Part shown: one piece after another, positions 24,080 to 31,930 of the stretch
Layout of the letters: every line of letters starts with the position of its first letter
Position numbering within the stretch: the first letter of the stretch is position 1
From: Escherichia coli
GTDB taxonomy: Bacteria; Pseudomonadota; Gammaproteobacteria; Enterobacterales; Enterobacteriaceae
Assembly: GCF_030013595.1 (NCBI RefSeq)
Contig: NZ_CP122768.1
DNA: 64,000 bases
Strand: one strand, 5' to 3'
Translations under genes and position numbers: made by a program
Notes under the pieces: generated by a model
Databases searched by the model: none
What the model saw: only the letters and a program-made list of their open reading frames with translations
What the model was told of the DNA's origin: nothing

Positions 24080-24155
24080 TGGTGCTGGTTAACGGACTTG
24101 AACCGCTACCCATTCGCTTACAAGGCGACCGCTCTACCATTGGAGCTAAACCAGC
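24080..24155 (-). tRNA. tRNA, hand-folded anticodon UGU (Thr)
   Basis: 76 nt. GCTGGTT acceptor; GCTC/GAGC D-stem; anticodon loop CTTGTAA; T-arm AGCGG-TTCAAGT-CCGTT; AACCAGC-A-CCA 3' end encoded. There is one G:A mismatch at 27:43. Confidence 0.75.
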
Positions 24156-24160
24156 ATATT

Positions 24161-24235
24161 TGGCGGGACAGCGTGGACTCGAACCACGATAAGAAGGTTA
24201 ACAGCCTTCCGTAATGACCTTTATACGACTGACCC
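24161..24235 (-). tRNA. tRNA, hand-folded anticodon GUU (Asn)
   Basis: 75 nt. Anticodon arm GAAGG-CTGTTAA-CCTTC; T-arm CGTGG-TTCGAGT-CCACG; CCA encoded. The acceptor stem has a T:T mismatch at 4:69 and the D-stem is weak. Confidence 0.65.
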
Positions 24236-24298
24236 AAATAAAAAATCCCGAAACCGTTGTGCAGGCTCTAACTATTACCTGCGAACTGTTTCGGGATT
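24236..24298 (-). terminator. tR-prime late terminator
   Basis: AATCCCGAAAC ... GTTTCGGGATT stem followed by a U-tract. The sequence is as in lambda tR-prime. Confidence 0.85.
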
Positions 24299-24432
24299 GC
24301 ATTTTGCAGACCTCTCAGCCTGCTATGGTTGGAGTTCCAGACGATACGTCGAAGTGACCAACTAGGCGGAATCGGTAGTAAGCGCCGCCTCTTTTCATCT
24401 CACTACCACAACGAGCGAATTAACCCATCGTT
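24239..24432 (-). ncRNA. 6S late leader RNA (pR-prime to tR-prime transcript, contains qut)
   Basis: The region is nearly identical to my recollection of the lambda 6S region. The length from the predicted start to the U-tract is about 194 nt. Confidence 0.7.
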
Positions 24433-24438
24433 GGGTCA

Positions 24439-24467
24439 AATTTACCCAACTTTATTCAAAAAGTCAA
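24439..24467 (-). promoter_or_regulatory. Late promoter pR-prime (TTGACT-17-TAAATT)
   Basis: The minus strand reads ttgactttttgaataaagttgggtaaattt directly downstream of Q. Confidence 0.85.
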
Positions 24468-24509
24468 TATCATGCCGTTAATATGTTGCCATCCGTGGCA
24501 ATCATGCTG

Positions 24510-25133
24510 CTAACGTGTGACCGCATTCAAAATGTTGTCTGCGATTGACTCTTCTTTGTGGCATTGCACCACCAGAGCGTCATACAGCGGCTTAACAGTG
24601 CGTGACCAGGTGGGTTGAGTAAGGTTTGGGATTAGCATCGTTACAGCGCGATATGCGGCGCTTGCTGGCATTCTTGAATAGCCGACACCTTTGCATCTTC
24701 CGCACTCTTTCTCAACAACTCTCCCCCACTGCTCTGTTTTGGCTATATCAACCGCACGGCCTGTACCGTGGCAATCTCTGCATCTTGCGCCCGGCGTCGC
24801 GGCACTACGGCAATAATCCGCATAAGCGAATGTTGCGAGCACTTGCAGTACCTTTGCCTTAGTATTTCCTTCAAGCTTTGCCACACCACGGTATTTCCCC
24901 GATACCTTGTGTGCAAATTGCATCAGATAGTTGATAGCCTTTTGTTTGTCGTTCTGGCTGAGTTCATGCTTACCGCAGAATGCAGCCATACCGAATCCGG
25001 CTTGTGATTGCGCCATCCCCATAGCAGCCATCACATCAGTACCGGAAAGAGAGTCAGAAGCTGTAGCCCGTGGTGAGTCGCTCATCATCGGGCTTTTTGG
25101 AGAATGAAATTTAGCTACGCTTTCGAGTCTCAT
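24510..25133 (-). CDS. Q: Late antiterminator Q (lambda type)
   Basis: 207 aa, MRLESVAKFHSPKSPMMSDSPRATASDSLSGTDVMAAMGMAQSQ..., with the zinc motif CRDCHGTG...CGRCKG. Confidence 0.95.
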   Translation of the reverse strand: MRLESVAKFHSPKSPMMSDSPRATASDSLSGTDVMAAMGMAQSQAGFGMAAFCGKHELSQNDKQKAINYLMQFAHKVSGKYRGVAKLEGNTKAKVLQVLATFAYADYCRSAATPGARCRDCHGTGRAVDIAKTEQWGRVVEKECGRCKGVGYSRMPASAAYRAVTMLIPNLTQPTWSRTVKPLYDALVVQCHKEESIADNILNAVTR

Positions 25134-25318
25134 CGTCTTCCCCTCTTGCCCTGTTTGACCATCAGGACGCCGTTAACTATTGCGTGACGCTCGCCTTTGC
25201 TGTCTCTGTTGTACTTGAGCACTGTTCCTCTTGCACAGGAAAGCCTCCTCGCCACTTCGGTCTGATTGCCTCGTGTCTGGATAAGAAGTTCTGGTATCGT
25301 TTGAATTGTGGCGTTCAT
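25130..25318 (-). CDS. ninH: NinH-like small DNA-binding protein
   Basis: TIPELLIQTRGNQTEVARRLSCARGTVLKYNRD resembles lambda NinH. Position just upstream of Q. Confidence 0.7.
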   Translation of the reverse strand: MNATIQTIPELLIQTRGNQTEVARRLSCARGTVLKYNRDSKGERHAIVNGVLMVKQGKRGRR

Positions 25319-25677
25319 ACGTTCTCCAGTTCGGTGATTTTTATTCCAAGCCTTCCGCCTGGTACTTTCACACCACGAATTACGCGAATGTCATCGAATT
25401 GCTCGTCGTCTTCCGCAAATCCGGCGTGGATAAGGGAGTCGAGTAAACCTTTCAGGATGTTGTCGAGGTCGCGGCGGCGGGAGTCTGGAACGTCTGCGAT
25501 GACTTTGATACGGAGTCGTGATTTGGTGAAAATGTCTAACTTGAGTTGGCGAATGATTTGCTGAACGTCTTTTCGGTATTTCTGGCCTTTATCGCTGATG
25601 TAGTATTGGCTTCCCCGTCTTCGCCAGTAGGTATTCACCGACGGCGGGTAAGGAAGCACAAACTGATATTCGTTCAT
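25315..25677 (-). CDS. rusA: RusA-family Holliday junction resolvase
   Basis: 120 aa. The motifs LPYPPSVNTYWRRRG and PDSRRRDLDNILKGLLDSL match RusA. Confidence 0.85.
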   Translation of the reverse strand: MNEYQFVLPYPPSVNTYWRRRGSQYYISDKGQKYRKDVQQIIRQLKLDIFTKSRLRIKVIADVPDSRRRDLDNILKGLLDSLIHAGFAEDDEQFDDIRVIRGVKVPGGRLGIKITELENV

Positions 25678-25964
25678 GGCTTAATCTTCCCCTCCTTCAG
25701 CAGTATCGCCTGCGTCCTGATCACGCCTTCGAGGTGGTAAAGTCTGGCGTCTTTGTTGTCGAGATTATGGGTGCGTCGGTCGATTTCATCGTGACACGCG
25801 CTACAAGCCCATGCGCCGATCAGGTCGTCAGGCTTCATTCCCGTTCCGCAAATTCCAGCCATCCGGTAATGTGCCAGAACTGTAGTTTCAGGATTGCCAT
25901 TGCATACGCCGTAAATACGTACCTGACATTCTCTGCCGCGTGCTTCTTTGCGTAGATTGGCCAT
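25674..25964 (-). CDS. DUF1364/YbcO-like Cys-rich nin-region protein
   Basis: 96 aa with CQVRIYGVC ... CSACH motifs. It sits directly upstream of rusA, as in DLP12 (ybcO-rusA). Confidence 0.55.
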   Translation of the reverse strand: MANLRKEARGRECQVRIYGVCNGNPETTVLAHYRMAGICGTGMKPDDLIGAWACSACHDEIDRRTHNLDNKDARLYHLEGVIRTQAILLKEGKIKP

Positions 25965-26686
25965 TAAGCAGCCTCCCCTGTTACTTTCAGCATTCCGTTA
26001 TCGAGCAGCTTTCTGGTCAGCCACTGTTGGCCACGCCCGGTGATTTTTGTGGTGAACGATATCTGTATTCCGTGATTTGTATTGACCGCTGTTTCTTTCA
26101 CTGTGAAATAGCCGCGATCCATATATTCCTGCATTGGCACATTGCGCCGGGAACCTGAAGCAATAAGGATTTTGTGATCGCGCATCCACGCAAACAGTTT
26201 GTTTTGACCAATTCCAACAACCTTTGCAAAGTTTCCAATCAAAATTCCGCTGGCCTCGCCAACGCGATCGGCAAACTCAACTTTAGGTGCGGCAATTGCG
26301 AGCTGGTTTTCCAGTTGCATTTTCTGCTCAGCAAGATCAGCAGCAAGGCGCAACGCTTCTGGTAGCGTTTTGGGGATATTAGCCGCAGTTTCTTCAAGCT
26401 CTCGCCAGCGGTCAACAAGGCGAGCGGTGAACTCTGGCGACAACTGGGCAACAACAACAATACTATCTCGCTTACCTTGTTCGCCTTCGAAGACGTAATG
26501 CTCGTACTGAACATTGAACCCTAAGTTATTGATTCTTTCGGAAACCTCAATTTGAGGAAGCCGGATAACACCATTTTTAGCCAGCGTTTCGATGGTACGT
26601 TTCACATTGTCATGACGCTTACCCACCAACTCAGCGATTTCAATGCTTGTCATTTTGATGGCATTGCCATTTATTAACTCATTCAT
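25964..26686 (-). CDS. Roi/antirepressor-like DNA-binding protein (Rha-type N-domain plus KilA-C/ANT-type C-domain)
   Basis: 240 aa. The N-terminus has TSIEIAELVGKRHDNVKRTIETL and the C-terminus has FAKVVGIGQNKLFAWMRDHKIL. The family is assigned from memory. Confidence 0.6.
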   Translation of the reverse strand: MNELINGNAIKMTSIEIAELVGKRHDNVKRTIETLAKNGVIRLPQIEVSERINNLGFNVQYEHYVFEGEQGKRDSIVVVAQLSPEFTARLVDRWRELEETAANIPKTLPEALRLAADLAEQKMQLENQLAIAAPKVEFADRVGEASGILIGNFAKVVGIGQNKLFAWMRDHKILIASGSRRNVPMQEYMDRGYFTVKETAVNTNHGIQISFTTKITGRGQQWLTRKLLDNGMLKVTGEAA

Positions 26687-26855
26687 CGTCTTCTTCCTCG
26701 TACATTGAGCTATTCGGATCGCTCATCAGTTCTGCGCAGCAGTGCTCACACACATGAACTTCAAGCACATGCAGCTTCTGACCGCAGTTAGCGCACGTTA
26801 AAGCTCGCTCGACGCTTTCTTTCTGGTATTGAAGGGTTTGGGATGGGCTAAGCAT
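26679..26855 (-). CDS. ninF: NinF
   Basis: The internal start [58 protein letters not shown] is lambda NinF-like (58 aa). Confidence 0.85.
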   Translation of the reverse strand: MLSPSQTLQYQKESVERALTCANCGQKLHVLEVHVCEHCCAELMSDPNSSMYEEEDDE

Positions 26856-27255
26856 GGCTTTCACCATTAAAAAGTCGCTTGTAAGCATCAATGTCTCGTT
26901 TTGCTTCACCAAGCTTTCGTCTTAATTCCATGTTTTCTGATTCAAGCTTTTCCATGTCTTGCTGGTATCGATCGCGGTGTTCTTTCCATGCTTTTCGATA
27001 CGCCTTCATGTATGTCGTATTGGCCTTTCTCTTTGCCTGACGAACCGCATGGTGGTTTTTCACAAACCAGTCAGGGTCGTTAAATGCTGCTCTGGCGCAT
27101 GTATACCAATAATTTGTTGCCTCCCTGTTTAGCCAATAAATACTGATAAATGGCAACCGGATAGACACCATTTTTCGTTGTGACTCTTTCTCGCCAAACA
27201 TGTGTCCTTTTTTGATGCTAAGGCCAAATCCAGGTTGAATTAAAAGCATTGTCAT
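26848..27255 (-). CDS. Hypothetical 135-aa nin-region protein between ninE and ninF (NinX position)
   Basis: The start [12 protein letters not shown] overlaps the ninE stop (ATGA). The C-terminus is coiled-coil ([31 protein letters not shown]). Lambda has no gene here. Confidence 0.55.
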   Translation of the reverse strand: MTMLLIQPGFGLSIKKGHMFGEKESQRKMVSIRLPFISIYWLNREATNYWYTCARAAFNDPDWFVKNHHAVRQAKRKANTTYMKAYRKAWKEHRDRYQQDMEKLESENMELRRKLGEAKRDIDAYKRLFNGESHA

Positions 27256-27428
27256 TTCCTCGCACGATGTCTTAGCCACCGGATATCCCACAGGTGAGCC
27301 GTGTAGTTGAAGGTTTTTACGTCAGATTCTTTTGGGATTGGCTTGCGTTTATTTCTGGAGCGTTTCGTTGGAAGGTATTTGCAGTTTTCGCAGATGATGT
27401 CGGTGAAACTTCGTCGCTGTCGCCTCAT
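27252..27428 (-). CDS. ninE: NinE
   Basis: The internal start [58 protein letters not shown] is lambda NinE-like. Confidence 0.85.
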   Translation of the reverse strand: MRRQRRSFTDIICENCKYLPTKRSRNKRKPIPKESDVKTFNYTAHLWDIRWLRHRARK

Positions 27429-27952
27429 GCCGCCCTCCTGACGCCCTGCCCGATCGCTATCAATGCCGCTTTGGATACGGTAGTAAACATCCGTCGAGGA
27501 CTGATGAACGGTCGCCAAATCAGCAGCATGGAGCCTTTGCTGTTTCCCTTCTTCTCCAGCCCCGTCGATGGTTCGATAAAATTAATCCGTCCATCAGTGA
27601 TAATGCGAACTTCGTCGACACTCTCCAGAGCCTTGCTGAACCATCCGACTGACATATCCTCTGGCACAAGCATCACTACCGTCTGTCGCTGTTGTATGCA
27701 CTGCTCAGCGGCTTTTTCCACCCACGGCCTGATATTGCTGTACGGTGGGTTATTCCAGATTGCACCGTGGCTTACCCACTCAGAATTGAGCGCGTCGTCG
27801 GCCTCAGTTAGCCAGTGAGCACACAGAGCATTTTTGTCGCTCGCTGCCGAATCCAGCCAGAATCCAAACTCAATATCCAGTGCATCAAAAAGCCAAAGCG
27901 GCGTTTGCCAGCAGTCCTTGTCGTGTGCTGGCGTATTTGATTTGATAGTCAT
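27425..27952 (-). CDS. Phage Dam-family DNA N6-adenine methyltransferase
   Basis: The start is refined to [25 protein letters not shown]. It has the catalytic motif WNNPPYS and sits in the ninC/ninD position. Confidence 0.75.
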   Translation of the reverse strand: MTIKSNTPAHDKDCWQTPLWLFDALDIEFGFWLDSAASDKNALCAHWLTEADDALNSEWVSHGAIWNNPPYSNIRPWVEKAAEQCIQQRQTVVMLVPEDMSVGWFSKALESVDEVRIITDGRINFIEPSTGLEKKGNSKGSMLLIWRPFISPRRMFTTVSKAALIAIGQGVRRAA

Positions 27953-28389
27953 GCAGCCCGATCTCCCCATCTCGCTTTCCACTCCAGAGCCAGTCTCGCT
28001 TCGTCTGACCACTTAACGCCACGCTCTGTACCGAATGCCTGTATAAGCTCTAATAGCTCCGCAAATTCGTTTACACGCATCCTGCTGGTTGACTGGCCTA
28101 TTACCACAAAGCCATTCCCGGCAAGGTTAGGAACAACATCCTGCTGCTTTAATGCTGCGGTAAACACACACTTCCAGCTTTCTGCATCCAGCCAGCGACC
28201 ATGCCATTCAACCTGACGCGAAACGTCACCAAGGCAAGCCCAAAGCTTCCGATTTTGGTCTAAGCTGCGGTTGCGCTCCTGAATGGTTACTACGATTGGT
28301 TTGGTTGGGTCTGGAAGGATTTGCTGTACTGCGTGAATAGCGTTTTGCTGATGTGCTGGAGATCGAATTTCAAAGGTTAGTTTTTTCAT
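27949..28389 (-). CDS. ninB: NinB (Orf) recombination mediator
   Basis: The start is refined to MKKLTFEIRSPAHQQNAIHAVQQILPDPTKPIVVTIQERNRSLDQNRKLWA... (146 aa). Confidence 0.9.
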   Translation of the reverse strand: MKKLTFEIRSPAHQQNAIHAVQQILPDPTKPIVVTIQERNRSLDQNRKLWACLGDVSRQVEWHGRWLDAESWKCVFTAALKQQDVVPNLAGNGFVVIGQSTSRMRVNEFAELLELIQAFGTERGVKWSDEARLALEWKARWGDRAA

Positions 28390-28405
28390 GACTTCCCTCT
28401 CCCCC

Positions 28406-28437
28406 AAATAAAAAGGCCTGCGATTACCAGCAGGCCT
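28406..28437 (-). terminator. tR2-type rho-independent terminator between ren and ninB
   Basis: The minus strand reads AGGCCTGC-tggtaatc-GCAGGCCT followed by TTTTTATTT. Confidence 0.75.
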
Positions 28438-28462
28438 GTTATTAGCTCAGTAATGTAGATGG

Positions 28463-28753
28463 TCATCTTTTAACTCCATATACCGCCAATACCCGTTTCA
28501 TCGCGGCACTCTGGCGACACTCCTTAAAAATCAGGTTCGTGCTCATCTTTCCTTCCCGTTCTTCCCTGGTAGCAAACCGGTAATACACCGTTCGCCAGAC
28601 CTTACCTTCGATAACCAGAAGACCTGCCCGTGCCATTTTAGCCGCGGCCTGATTTATGCTGGTTACTGTTGCGCCTGTTAGCGCGGCAACGTCCGGCGCA
28701 CAGAAGCTATTATGCGTCCCCAGGTAATGAATAATTGCCTCTTTGCCCGTCAT
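28463..28753 (-). CDS. ren: Ren (Rex-exclusion resistance protein)
   Basis: 96 aa, MTGKEAIIHYLGTHNSFCAPDVAALTGATVTSINQAAAKMARAGLLV... Confidence 0.9.
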   Translation of the reverse strand: MTGKEAIIHYLGTHNSFCAPDVAALTGATVTSINQAAAKMARAGLLVIEGKVWRTVYYRFATREEREGKMSTNLIFKECRQSAAMKRVLAVYGVKR

Positions 28754-29451
28754 ACACTTGCTCCTTTCAGTCCGAACTTAGCTTTGATTTCTGCGATCTT
28801 CGCCAGAGCCTGTGCACGATTTAGAGGTCTACCGCCCATGACAGGAAGTTGTTTTACTGGTTCAGGGATCGCCTCACCACGGTTAATTCTCGCAGTCATA
28901 TGGACAAGCTCATCTGCGGCCTTACGGCGTAATTCCGCATCAGTAAGCGCATTGGCCCGCATGTTCTGATACAGGTTGGTAACCAGCCAGTAGTGCGCGT
29001 TTGATTTCCACGGATAAGACTCCGCATCCGGATACAGGCCTCGCTTCCGGCAATACTCGTAAACCATATCAACCAGCTCGCTGACGTTTGGCAGTCCGGC
29101 GGTAACGGATGCTTCTTCCCGGCACCATGCAACAAACTGCCCGGGTGATGGCAGAAATGGTCGATTCTGCCGACGGGCTACGCGCATTCCTGCGTTAACC
29201 TGTTCCATCGTGGTGATCCCTTTTTCCCGGAAAGCCAGCACCCACTGGCGGCGGATTTCGTTCAGTTCGTTCTGGTCCCGGTTAGCCAGGCTCGCCGGGA
29301 AAGTTGCCAGTAACTGGCTGAACACACCATTGATGATCTGCGCTACCTGTTGTACCTGCGGCTTTTCGTCGTACTGTTCCGGCATGTTGTTGGCGATCCG
29401 ACGCATCTGCTCACGGTCAAAGTTAACCATCTGTGCGGCGATGTTTTTCAT
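28750..29451 (-). CDS. P: Replication protein P (DnaB loader)
   Basis: 233 aa, MKNIAAQMVNFDREQMRRIANNMPEQYDEKPQVQQVAQIINGVF... Confidence 0.95.
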   Translation of the reverse strand: MKNIAAQMVNFDREQMRRIANNMPEQYDEKPQVQQVAQIINGVFSQLLATFPASLANRDQNELNEIRRQWVLAFREKGITTMEQVNAGMRVARRQNRPFLPSPGQFVAWCREEASVTAGLPNVSELVDMVYEYCRKRGLYPDAESYPWKSNAHYWLVTNLYQNMRANALTDAELRRKAADELVHMTARINRGEAIPEPVKQLPVMGGRPLNRAQALAKIAEIKAKFGLKGASV

Positions 29452-30347
29452 AAATCCACCCCGTAAATCCAGTCAGTGTTTGTCAGGTCGAGTTTTGGTT
29501 TGCTGGCTGTCACGCCTGCCTGTTGCTTGTTACGGTTGATTTCGAGCTGGGTCCACTTGTCGCGGAGTTTGGCCGGACTCAGCACGTTACCGGACCAGAA
29601 GTTGTCCTGGCAGGCCCAGCGGAAAAGCACACACATATCGCGGTGGTTACGTCCGTCACGTTCACGCATCAGGCGGATATCGTTAGCCCACCCAGCAAAA
29701 TTCGGTTTTCTGGCTGATGGCGCGATGGTCTTCACCATGTCAAACATCCACTCTGCGGCGGTCAGGTCTTCTGCTGTTCCCCACTTGCTGCCGCTCTGAA
29801 TTGCAGCATCCGGTTTAACCACAGAAAGATCGTTTTCTGGCTGGTCAGAGGATTCGCCAGAATTCTCTGACGAATAATCTTTTCTTTTTTCTTTTGTATT
29901 AGTGTCTTTTGTGTTCCCCTGTTTTGAGGGATAGCAATCCCCCAATTTGAGGGATGTTTTATCCCTCGTTTTAGGGGATTTTCCCTCGTTTTGAGGGATA
30001 CACCATTCTGAGATGTTTTTATTTGGTCCAAACATGCCGCCTTGCTGCTTGATAATATTCATTCTGACGAGCTCTAACTTGGCTTCATTGCACCGTTTGA
30101 CAGGTAACTTTGTAATCTCGCTAAGTTGAGAATCGGTGATTCTGTCCATTGGTTTATTCCACCCATAGGTTTTACGCAGAATGGCAAGCAGCACTTTAAA
30201 CTGTCGCTTGGTCAGATCTGCGCCTGAATAAGCCTCAAGCAGCATATTTGATAGTCTGGCGTAACCATCATCGAGATCTGCCACATTACGCTCCTGTTCG
30301 GCAAAGTTACCTCTGCAGAAGTTGAGTATTTTTGCTGTATTTGTCAT
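29448..30347 (-). CDS. O: Replication initiator O
   Basis: 299 aa, MTNTAKILNFCRGNFAEQERNVADLDDGYARLSNMLLEAYSGADLTKRQF... It contains the ori iterons. Confidence 0.95.
   Translation of the reverse strand: MTNTAKILNFCRGNFAEQERNVADLDDGYARLSNMLLEAYSGADLTKRQFKVLLAILRKTYGWNKPMDRITDSQLSEITKLPVKRCNEAKLELVRMNIIKQQGGMFGPNKNISEWCIPQNEGKSPKTRDKTSLKLGDCYPSKQGNTKDTNTKEKRKDYSSENSGESSDQPENDLSVVKPDAAIQSGSKWGTAEDLTAAEWMFDMVKTIAPSARKPNFAGWANDIRLMRERDGRNHRDMCVLFRWACQDNFWSGNVLSPAKLRDKWTQLEINRNKQQAGVTASKPKLDLTNTDWIYGVDL
29865..30000. repeat. ori-lambda: four ~18-bp iterons (TCCCTCAAAACGAGGGA-type) plus an adjacent AT-rich tract, inside O
   Basis: The plus strand has four ...cc(c/t)-N-tttgaggga / ttttagggga repeats at about 29915-30000. 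The T-rich tract is at about 29868-29912. Confidence 0.85.
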
Positions 30348-30356
30348 AATGACCCC

Positions 30357-30433
30357 TGTAGATTGATCCAGTAATTCCCTCAGAATTGCATATCAATTTG
30401 CTTAAAATCCTCGGTGGCGGCCGGGGATTTTTT
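30357..30433 (+). ncRNA. oop: oop-like antisense RNA (pO promoter TTGAGT-17-CATAAT at 30322-30350)
   Basis: The sequence gattgatccagtaat...cctcggtggcggccggggatttttt parallels lambda oop. The predicted length is about 77 nt. The terminator CCTCGG-tggcgg-CCGGGG plus T6 lies inside the cII 3' end. Confidence 0.6.
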
Positions 30434-30676
30434 CTTTGTGATTTCATCAAGCGCATACTTAAAAGCCCTGCTAATCGGACTGATGTCTGATGCCATTCCG
30501 AAAGCACACAAGACCGAAGCAATAAATCTCCAGTCCGTTCTGCTTATCTTCGATTCATGACAGCCAATCATCTTTGCCAGACCGCGCTGGGTAAGCGTTG
30601 ATAGGTTGATGAGTAAATCTGTTTCTGCGCGATCAACGTCACGCTGTGATAGTTTGCTGTAACTTGTTCGTTCCAT
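30380..30676 (-). CDS. cII: CII-family transcriptional activator (non-lambda allele)
   Basis: 98 aa between cro and O. It has an HTH-like LAKMIGCHESKISR and a C-terminus KKKSPAATEDFKQIDMQF that parallels lambda CII (KKRPAATERSEQIQMEF). Confidence 0.75.
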   Translation of the reverse strand: MERTSYSKLSQRDVDRAETDLLINLSTLTQRGLAKMIGCHESKISRTDWRFIASVLCAFGMASDISPISRAFKYALDEITKKKSPAATEDFKQIDMQF

Positions 30677-30686
30677 TTCTTAAGAT
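30654..30686 (+). promoter_or_regulatory. Candidate pRE (CII box TTGC-N6-TTGT, then TAAGAT -10)
   Basis: It lies at the 5' end of cII, directed towards cI. Its geometry is like lambda pRE (TTGC-N6-TTGC ... TAAGTA). Confidence 0.45.
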
Positions 30687-30761
30687 TTCCAATAGTGAAT
30701 AGTTAGTTGAAAGGTATGCGTGGAAACGCATATGGCCTTAGTTGGTCAGATATCTTGGGAC

Positions 30762-30807
30762 TCGCTTTTCAGCGACGTAGGACGAATGTCCGTTGTTACA
30801 AAGAGCG
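30762..30807 (-). promoter_or_regulatory. nutR: boxA CGCTCTTTGTAACAA (30793-30807) and boxB TCGCT-GAAA-AGCGA (30762-30775)
   Basis: Read on the minus strand just downstream of cro. The boxB design is the same as at nutL. Confidence 0.7.
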
Positions 30808-30817
30808 GCTCCGCTTA

Positions 30818-31033
30818 TTAAGCGGCTTTGTGTTCCGGCGGGAACACGTCATCAAGACTTACTTTTGCGCCTAACTTATTTAGGCACGCAACAAGAGCAC
30901 GGCATGTTTTAAGGTCTGGGAAGCGACGACCAGATTCCCAATGTCCGATAGCTCCCTGTGTGCATCCAACTGCCTTAGCAAGTGTTGTTTGAGAGATATT
31001 CAGTGACTCTCGATATTTTCGTAGGTTGCTCAT
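30818..31033 (-). CDS. cro: Cro-type HTH repressor (XRE family, non-lambda specificity)
   Basis: The start is refined to MSNLRKYRESLNISQTTLAKAVGCTQGAIGHWESG, with a GGAG SD. It is divergent from cI. Confidence 0.8.
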   Translation of the reverse strand: MSNLRKYRESLNISQTTLAKAVGCTQGAIGHWESGRRFPDLKTCRALVACLNKLGAKVSLDDVFPPEHKAA

Positions 31034-31143
31034 ATGCCCTCCATAGTAACCTCGAATAAAAAATACAATATGTACTTTCCAAATACAAGCAAAAATACAC
31101 ATTGTGCATTGATGGTTCCAGTACAGAGCGTAATAATAAGGAC
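31034..31143. promoter_or_regulatory. OR/pR/pRM divergent control region with A(A/G)TAC-N5-GTAYT-type operators
   Basis: AATACAATATGTACT at 31062-31076, with related copies at 31082-31096 and 31094-31110. TTGATG-16-TAATAA ends 7 nt before the cI ATG, which suggests a leaderless cI mRNA as in lambda. Confidence 0.6.
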
Positions 31144-31803
31144 ATGAAAATGAAATGGTATGAACTGGCTAGATCCAGAATGAAAGAGCTCGGCATAACT
31201 CAAGAGAAGTTAGCCGAAGAGCTAGGTATGACGCAGGGTGGGATTGGACACTGGTTGCGCGGATCTCGTCATCCATCTCTTAGTGATATTGGTGTGGTGT
31301 TTAAATACCTTGGTATTGATAACATATCATTCAACCACGACGGGACATTTTCACCTGTTGGCGAATACTCATCGGCCCCAGTTAAAAAACAATATGAGTA
31401 CCCTGTATTTTCTCATGTTCAGGCTGGGATGTTCTCTCCAGAACTCAGAACCTTTACCAAAGGCGATGCGGAGAGATTGGTAAGCACAACCAAAAAAGCC
31501 AGTGGCTCTGCATTCTGGCTTGAGGTTGAAGGTAATTCCATGACCGCACCAACAGGATCCAAGCCCAGCTTTCCTGACGGGATGTTAATTCTGGTTGACC
31601 CTGAGCAGGCTGTTGAGCCAGGCGATTTCTGTATAGCCAGACTTGGTGGTGATGAGTTTACCTTCAAGAAACTGATCAGGGATAGCGGTCAGGTGTTTCT
31701 ACAGCCACTAAACCCACAATACCCAATGATCCCATGCAATGAGAGTTGTTCCGTTGTGGGGAAAGTTATCGCTAGTCAGTGGCCTGAAGAGACGTTTGGG
31801 TGA
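31144..31803 (+). CDS. cI: CI repressor: non-lambda N-terminal HTH domain fused to a lambda-type C-terminal LexA-like autocleavage domain
   Basis: The start is [37 protein letters not shown]. From [21 protein letters not shown] onward it is essentially lambda CI, including the Ala-Gly cleavage site, GNSM Ser and FKKL Lys. Confidence 0.9.
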   Translation: MKMKWYELARSRMKELGITQEKLAEELGMTQGGIGHWLRGSRHPSLSDIGVVFKYLGIDNISFNHDGTFSPVGEYSSAPVKKQYEYPVFSHVQAGMFSPELRTFTKGDAERLVSTTKKASGSAFWLEVEGNSMTAPTGSKPSFPDGMLILVDPEQAVEPGDFCIARLGGDEFTFKKLIRDSGQVFLQPLNPQYPMIPCNESCSVVGKVIASQWPEETFG

Positions 31804-31821
31804 TAGGAAGTAAGTTTTATG

Positions 31822-31850
31822 TTGACGGCACAGTCAACTTGGCATAGATT
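31822..31850 (+). promoter_or_regulatory. Promoter-like element TTGACG-17-TAGATT between cI and the NYN gene
   Basis: The hexamers and 17-bp spacing were read directly from the sequence. No experimental support. Confidence 0.4.
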
Positions 31851-31860
31851 AATTAAACCA

Positions 31861-31921
31861 AGCCCAGCCCCGTTCGCAGACAATTGTTAATATCTGCATA
31901 ACGGCTCTGGGCTATTTTTTT
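31861..31921 (+). terminator. Long imperfect hairpin followed by T7 (terminator/attenuator-like), 9 nt upstream of the NYN ATG
   Basis: AGCCCAG..CCGTT..GCAGA-caattgttaatat-TCTGC..AACGG..CTGGGCT, then ATTTTTTT. Confidence 0.6.
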
Positions 31922-31930
31922 GGGACTCTT

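Noticed and set aside
23986-24192. 68-aa plus-strand ORF between the holin and tR-prime
   Set aside because: It overlaps the two minus-strand tRNA genes and has no SD. It is best explained as a chance ORF.
29865-30000. Short direct repeats that might resemble a CRISPR array or another repeat array
   Set aside because: They are the four ori-lambda iterons inside gene O, with an adjacent AT-rich tract. There are no spacers and no cas genes.
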